A DNA stretch of 44,224 bases from a virus: IMG/VR virus record IMGVR_UViG_3300050015_000082, positions 1-44,224 of that record; one strand, written 5' to 3'. Made by a program: the position numbers and the translations under genes. The first letter of the stretch is position 1. Each line of letters begins with the position of its first letter. The notes beneath the pieces are model-generated. The model was not told the origin of the DNA, searched no databases, and saw only the letters and a program-made list of their open reading frames with translations. This document shows positions 40,391 to 44,224 of the stretch, piece by piece.

Positions 40391-40674
40391 ATCGGGACAC
40401 CCTTGATTGAGTCCTCCGCTTTCGGAGTTACATCAAGAATTTCAATGGCTTCGGTGAGCGTGACTGATGGGACCGCGATGGGAAACTTGCATTCCTTCGG
40501 CTTGGAGGTTCCATCGACTGCGAGTTGCGAAAGCGATGCGGCACCGGACCAATACCACAACCGTCGCGCATCTGCGAGTTGCACTTCCTTCCCATCGCGG
40601 GAAACGAGCGTACCGGCAAAGACTCCGGCGCTATAGGTACGAACGATTACGTACTTCTTCTTCGAGCCTGGCAT
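40378..40674 (-). CDS. Conserved-looking hypothetical protein (98 aa)
   Basis: RBS is AGAAGGGAACTGAA. VIVRTYSAGVFAGTL...ARRLWYWSGAASLSQLA recalls a widespread phage family that I cannot name. Confidence 0.55.
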   Translation of the reverse strand: MPGSKKKYVIVRTYSAGVFAGTLVSRDGKEVQLADARRLWYWSGAASLSQLAVDGTSKPKECKFPIAVPSVTLTEAIEILDVTPKAEDSIKGVPIWRN

Positions 40675-40695
40675 TTCAGTTCCCTTCTTGGTTGA

Positions 40696-40872
40696 CTACT
40701 TCAGTTCGTCCACGGCCCTCGCTACAAGTTGCGAGATAAACTTCCCCTCATGTAGGCAGTTCTTGTCGATGTGTGCTGTGAGTTTATCCCACGATGCTTG
40801 CGGGATATGCACGTACCGACTGACAAATCCGGGCTTCGTGCGCGTCTTCTTTGCTGCTGTTGCTTCAGGCAT
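40696..40872 (-). CDS. Ribbon-helix-helix (CopG/Arc-like) protein (58 aa)
   Basis: Not in the ORF track. RBS is GAGGAGAGCAGCA. Sequence: MPEATAAKKTRTKPGFVSRYVHIPQASWDKLTAHIDKNCLHEGKFISQLVARAVDELK. Confidence 0.5.
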   Translation of the reverse strand: MPEATAAKKTRTKPGFVSRYVHIPQASWDKLTAHIDKNCLHEGKFISQLVARAVDELK

Positions 40873-40901
40873 TGCTGCTCTCCTCGGGTGAATCAGAACG
40901 G

Positions 40902-41555
40902 TTATACGTTAAGCTCTTCGATCATCTGCTCGACTTCGGCGTTTATCTTGCATACTTCCGCTTCCAGTTCGGCCACGCGCTTTTCATCGTAGGCAACCGG
41001 AATCACGAGCAACTGAAGGTGTGCAGGGAGACGCGAATCGAAGCAAACAAAATCCCACTTTTCGCGCTCACAGCACACCATATTCCATTGAATCTGGTCG
41101 GCGTACTCTTGCGGAACTTCACGCGACTTCCAGATTCCCAGATGCCGCCCTGTGGTAAGGCATTTGATCTCAATCCCCGAATCGTCGCCAACAAGTCCAT
41201 CGGGCGATCCTCCGGTAAAGTCCAGCGCCGGGTGAACCGCGAAGCATACAGGCTCCACCATCAGGCTGCACCGCTGCTCGTATGCGGACCGGGCATATTC
41301 CTCCTGCTCTGCTCCCCACTTCATTTCGTTCGTGACGAAGTGGTTTGAGGAAAGGCCGGTCAGCCGTTCGGAAAGCAACTCTATCGCGTAGTCAGAACGG
41401 GCTTTTAGCGGGATACCTTCTTTGCTCTTCTGCTTGCTGTAGGCCATCACGTCGCCAAGGCGAGACGCCGTTATGCGGCCACACCGTAGCTTCATCCACT
41501 CCATTGTCGGCTGTCCATCGGGGCCGTGCTGTTCTCCAAAGACGATTCTAGGCAT
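40902..41555 (-). CDS. YqaJ-type (lambda Exo-like) recombination exonuclease (217 aa)
   Basis: Has WMKLRCGRITASRLGDVM, GGSPDGLV and IEIKC motifs, and lies adjacent to an annealase. Confidence 0.7.
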   Translation of the reverse strand: MPRIVFGEQHGPDGQPTMEWMKLRCGRITASRLGDVMAYSKQKSKEGIPLKARSDYAIELLSERLTGLSSNHFVTNEMKWGAEQEEYARSAYEQRCSLMVEPVCFAVHPALDFTGGSPDGLVGDDSGIEIKCLTTGRHLGIWKSREVPQEYADQIQWNMVCCEREKWDFVCFDSRLPAHLQLLVIPVAYDEKRVAELEAEVCKINAEVEQMIEELNV

Positions 41556-42312
41556 GGGGAGCCGCCTTCGCCAGTTGCTTGAACCGCTCGTTCTTGGCTT
41601 CCCCGAACACCCGCAGAGCTTCCGTATCTTTTGCGTCGGTTGCGGCCTTGGATGCGGCCAGATATACCCGCTTGAGCGACTCTACATCTGGCGCGGTTGC
41701 GATGGCGTCCAAGTAGGGCTTGACTGCGTCTTCCGGTATGCCCTCCTTCTCCAGCGCGTCAATGCCCACCGCGATGTTGAAGATCGCTAACAACAAATAC
41801 CGCTTCGAGCGCGAAGAAGCGATAGCATCGGCATCCGTTGCGGTTGCCATTGCTCCACCTTTCGGGCCGGTTGTGCTTGGCGTGATCTCGCTGTAGTAGG
41901 GACGTGATACTCCGCACCGCGACAACATGGCCTCAATCCGCACCTTGCCTGGAGCTATCGGGGAAACCTCTGAGAATGTGATGTTGAACCGCGCTGCTGT
42001 GTAGATGGGACGGATAGCCCTGTCAAGCTGCGCATAATCTGCCCAATTGGAGTTTGTATCGTTCCGGTGGACATTCGGAGCGATGCGTCCGATCTTCTGC
42101 TGGCAATCGTTTAGCGCATCGTCAAAGTCAATCTTTGCCTGCCGCTCCTGCGCCTCCCAATCGAACCGGACCATTGACTGCTGAAGCGCCACCAGTTCTT
42201 TCAGGACTTCTGGAGCTACATTCTTAGTAAGCGCCTCCTGAATCAGTGAAAGCGGAGTGATCTCCCTCTTTTGAATTGCGGTCGGCTCCTGAATTGCGAT
42301 CTCGTTGCTCAT
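41548..42312 (-). CDS. ERF-family single-strand annealing protein (254 aa)
   Basis: NWADYAQLDRAIRPIYTAARF and AIASSRSKRYLLLAIFNIAVG resemble ERF signature segments. It is paired with the YqaJ exonuclease. Confidence 0.55.
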   Translation of the reverse strand: MSNEIAIQEPTAIQKREITPLSLIQEALTKNVAPEVLKELVALQQSMVRFDWEAQERQAKIDFDDALNDCQQKIGRIAPNVHRNDTNSNWADYAQLDRAIRPIYTAARFNITFSEVSPIAPGKVRIEAMLSRCGVSRPYYSEITPSTTGPKGGAMATATDADAIASSRSKRYLLLAIFNIAVGIDALEKEGIPEDAVKPYLDAIATAPDVESLKRVYLAASKAATDAKDTEALRVFGEAKNERFKQLAKAAPHA

Positions 42313-42476
42313 GCCACTCCATTCTGTTCGCGCTCATCGCGCTCTGTCTCAGCGTCGTCTATGCGCCGGTCGCGCTCTTCGTCGGGGTCGCGCTCAATAC
42401 GCTTGCGAGAACCGCCCCAAGGCTCATCGGGATTAGAGAACCACGGCATATCATGTTCACTGGTGTATTGGATCAT
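42309..42476 (-). CDS. Acidic small protein (55 aa)
   Basis: ORF 42309..42548, with the start set at the ATGA overlap at 42476 (MIQYTSEHDMPWF...). Confidence 0.45.
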   Translation of the reverse strand: MIQYTSEHDMPWFSNPDEPWGGSRKRIERDPDEERDRRIDDAETERDEREQNGVA

Positions 42477-42778
42477 GGCTTTACCAGCTCCGCGAACTCC
42501 GGTTTGAGAACTGCAACCAATTTGTTGTCCACGATGGATTGATTGCACACGTCATGCTTGTACAGGAGATGCTTCACGATCAGCGTTCCAAACTGTTGAT
42601 TCAGGTACACGATGTTATGGGATGGCACTATTTCGAGCTTTGCGCGTGTATCAGCAAGCATGATGTCCTTTGCCTGCTCTGCACTCTCGCCGTAAATATC
42701 GATCATGCCTTTCTGTGCCAAGGTTGGGTTCATTTCGCACCAATCGGCATACGCTCGTAATGATTCTGCAAATGTCAT
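42473..42778 (-). CDS. Hypothetical protein (101 aa)
   Basis: Clean coupled ORF. Confidence 0.55.
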   Translation of the reverse strand: MTFAESLRAYADWCEMNPTLAQKGMIDIYGESAEQAKDIMLADTRAKLEIVPSHNIVYLNQQFGTLIVKHLLYKHDVCNQSIVDNKLVAVLKPEFAELVKP

Positions 42779-42915
42779 GGTCTCTGCTCCTTCTTCGCTT
42801 CCCGTTTTGCCTTCCGGAACGCCCGCCAGCGCCTACGCTGAGCCTTGGCGATCCTCTCGCGCCCCTTGTCTGTCAGAGCGTAAATCCGCTTTGGTACTGC
42901 CGTTTTTTTTCCCAT
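42775..42915 (-). CDS. 46-aa basic protein, possibly translated from a leaderless mRNA
   Basis: Sequence MGKKTAVPKRIYALTDKGRERIAKAQRRRWRAFRKAKREAKKEQRP. There is no SD, and the promoter-like boxes end 6 nt before the ATG. Confidence 0.4.
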   Translation of the reverse strand: MGKKTAVPKRIYALTDKGRERIAKAQRRRWRAFRKAKREAKKEQRP

Positions 42916-42921
42916 GTGTTG

Positions 42922-42950
42922 AAGTTACTCTGCTGTAAGATCGTTGTCAA
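42922..42950 (-). promoter_or_regulatory. Candidate sigma70-type promoter (TTGACA-17-TAACTT)
   Basis: The minus strand reads TTGACA acgatcttacagcagag TAACTT caacac ATG. Confidence 0.4.
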
Positions 42951-43004
42951 TAGGAAGATGCAAGTAAGTTGTGGGTAACTTCACTTTTCTGTAAAATCCG
43001 CAAA

Positions 43005-43217
43005 TTACCGTGGAGATAGCCCACAACCCCTGTCTAAGGCGTCGTAGAAAGTATCCCGAGCTTTGCCGAATCCGATAAAACCACTCAACCAGCCAATGTG
43101 GAAGTAGTACATCCCATCTTTTCCGCGAAACGCTGGTACCAACCGCTGTAAGTTAAAATCTACGGTGATCGTAAAGCGTGGACCCTCTCTAAGAAGTGGC
43201 CTTTCTGTTGGATACAT
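43005..43217 (-). CDS. Hypothetical protein (70 aa)
   Basis: ORF in the early block. Confidence 0.45.
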   Translation of the reverse strand: MYPTERPLLREGPRFTITVDFNLQRLVPAFRGKDGMYYFHIGWLSGFIGFGKARDTFYDALDRGCGLSPR

Positions 43218-43239
43218 CTCCCCCTAGTGGGGCCAAACC

Positions 43240-43506
43240 CTAAAACGGGTACCATTCACTTTCACACTTCTCAGAGCAGCATGAAGAATCACCTTTAAAC
43301 CACATCCGCTTTCCACACACGGAGCACTTGCGGTTAATGCAGGCAAACACGTCACCGATGAAGTAGCGAAGCCTTACAAGCCAATCCATGCGTCCGATCT
43401 GAATAAAATCGGCATCGTAGAGAGCGGCTCCGCAGCGGAGGCATCCGGGATACTCGTTTGAGCACCAGCATCCCCACAAATGGCAAGCAATTCTAAACTG
43501 TTTCAT
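43240..43506 (-). CDS. Cys-rich zinc-ribbon-like protein (88 aa), first early gene
   Basis: The start is set at ATG 43506, preceded by AAAGGAAAAACG. It has CLRCG...CSVCG...CCSEKC. Confidence 0.55.
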   Translation of the reverse strand: MKQFRIACHLWGCWCSNEYPGCLRCGAALYDADFIQIGRMDWLVRLRYFIGDVFACINRKCSVCGKRMWFKGDSSCCSEKCESEWYPF

Positions 43507-43922
43507 CGTTTTTCCTTTCTGACACACTTGCGGCTGCCCCGTAGGGACCAGTAGCCCCTGCATCAGTAGAGTGAAACCTGAAAGCCAATCAGCAAGGTTT
43601 TACGGGTTCTTTCAATGTCCCTTTTCGTACCGGACGCCAGCCGCCAACGCTACCCGGAAAGCCCGCCTCTCAGCGGGGGAACCCTTACCCGCTGATTTGC
43701 CCTCCCCCGTGGTCTCGGCGGCGCGGCGACAAGGCCATCATCGGCACCAAGATTGCTTTTGCAGGGCGTAAACTTCCAGATTTGTTTGTTGGGCACTTGA
43801 CAGACTCGCTGCATCTTGTAGGTGCGTACCCACCAGCGAGACGGCATTCCACCGCTGGCACCATCCAGGCGCAGGAGTGCGTGAACGATTTAATCCGGGT
43901 TATCGGGGAAATATTCACTCAA

Positions 43923-44026
43923 TCCTTTCCTTGACAGTTGAAATCCTATCGCAGATGGTGTATAAAGTCAATAGCGGGGTGTTGCCGAGCATCCCGGTCA
44001 CTCTCCTTCCTTGACAGTTTGAGAAT
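43923..44026 (+). repeat. Two direct repeats of about 22 nt, TCC(T)TTCCTTGACAGTT(T)GA(A/G)AAT (43923..43946, 44004..44026). A third CTTGACAG lies at 43796..43803.
   Basis: Read directly from the sequence, in the 560-nt non-coding region. Confidence 0.65.
43938..43966 (+). promoter_or_regulatory. Strong sigma70-like promoter candidate (TTGAAA-17-TATAAA) facing the 3' end of the pentapeptide-repeat gene
   Basis: TTGAAA 43938..43943, a 17-nt spacer, then TATAAA 43961..43966. Confidence 0.45.
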
Positions 44027-44083
44027 GGCACCCCGCAATCCATTTGAAGGCCAGACACGACAACTTGAGCTGGTCAGCAGATT

Positions 44084-44120
44084 GGCCCTTTCCTCCTGGA
44101 TTGGGCCTTTCTGTTTGTGG
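44084..44120 (+). terminator. Weak terminator-like hairpin (GGCCC-n14-GGGCC + TTTCTGTTTG). An identical copy lies at 688..722.
   Basis: A 5-bp GC stem is followed by a T-rich tract on the plus strand only. Confidence 0.3.
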
Positions 44121-44224
44121 TGTCATTTTTCTGGAATGGTCATGCGGAGAACGGCTGCTTTTGCCAACTCAAACATGGCAGCACGGTCGAGGCTGAGTTC
44201 CGATCCATCATCGGGAAATTCTCC
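44085..44224. repeat. Copy A of the duplicated 3' module, including the 74-nt terminal overlap (44151..44224 = 1..74)
   Basis: Direct comparison of the window ends. It also matches 688..827. Confidence 0.9.
44123..44224 (-). CDS. 3' end (C-terminal 33 codons plus stop) of a pentapeptide-repeat protein gene, most simply paralog A across the circular junction
   Basis: Stop TGA at 44125..44123. The sequence is identical to the 3' end of paralog B (…[11 protein letters not shown]). Confidence 0.75.
   Translation of the reverse strand, partial: GEFPDDGSELSLDRAAMFELAKAAVLRMTIPEK

Noticed and set aside
39729-40400. 223-aa ORF with an (RL/RR)n N-terminus, and plus-strand ORF 40046..40381 with (AV/AG)n
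   Set aside because: These are alternative frames of the GCCGNN hexamer array. The RL frame uses rare CTA/CGA-type codons and fuses two otherwise separate genes. The downstream part (39729..40046) has its own ATG.
43571-43918. ORFs 43571..43771(+), 43650..43847(-) and 43685..43918(-)
   Set aside because: They overlap each other, have no RBS, and are Arg/Pro/Gly-rich, which is typical of GC-rich non-coding sequence. The region is treated as regulatory.
1-44224. Searched for tRNA/tmRNA, a diversity-generating retroelement (reverse transcriptase plus template/variable repeats, as in BPP-1), integrase/att sites, and transposases or IS ends
   Set aside because: No cloverleaf-like sequence, no RT motif (YxDD), no long repeat pair near the tail genes, and no recombinase motifs were recognised by eye. 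This absence is not proof without a proper search.

Overview
The window looks like one complete tailed-phage genome assembled as a circle. Nt 1-74 are identical to nt 44151-44224, giving a 44,150-bp unit. There are three blocks. (i) A plus-strand late block (4286-33519): an HTH/TerS-like protein, two zinc-binding small proteins, TerL, a GNAT, portal, a Bbp19-like protein, scaffold, major capsid, a decoration-like protein, a double C2H2 zinc-finger protein, T7 gp11/gp12-like adaptor and nozzle, three ejection/core-like proteins, a second GNAT plus an ATP-grasp enzyme, a signal-peptide-bearing beta-helix tailspike-like protein, and a membrane/lipoprotein lysis-like cluster. (ii) A convergent minus-strand early block (43506-33636) of about 30 small, mostly ATGA-coupled genes: ERF-type annealase, YqaJ exonuclease, RHH, wHTH, KTSC, two HNH and one Vsr-like nuclease, a C5-methyltransferase-like core, and Cys-rich acidic and (Gly-X)n proteins. 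(iii) A second minus-strand block (3981-726) that wraps over the window edge and ends in two tandem pentapeptide-repeat paralogs. I could not recognise any rRNA, tRNA, CRISPR array, integrase, transposase, DNA polymerase, primase/helicase or RNA polymerase. The best candidates for something new are: (a) an opposite-strand Arc-like RHH + 206-aa orphan cassette with its own promoter, embedded in the virion module (18457-19529); (b) a GNAT + ATP-grasp enzyme pair between the ejection proteins and the tailspike (25388-27170); (c) the tandem pentapeptide-repeat paralogs, which have near-identical flanks but different repeat numbers (1-1523 plus 44085-44224); (d) three classical C2H2 zinc fingers in two late proteins; (e) very acidic low-complexity early proteins; and (f) repeated 19-21-nt gene-junction sequences. 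All functional calls rest on motif recall and gene order. No database search was possible.
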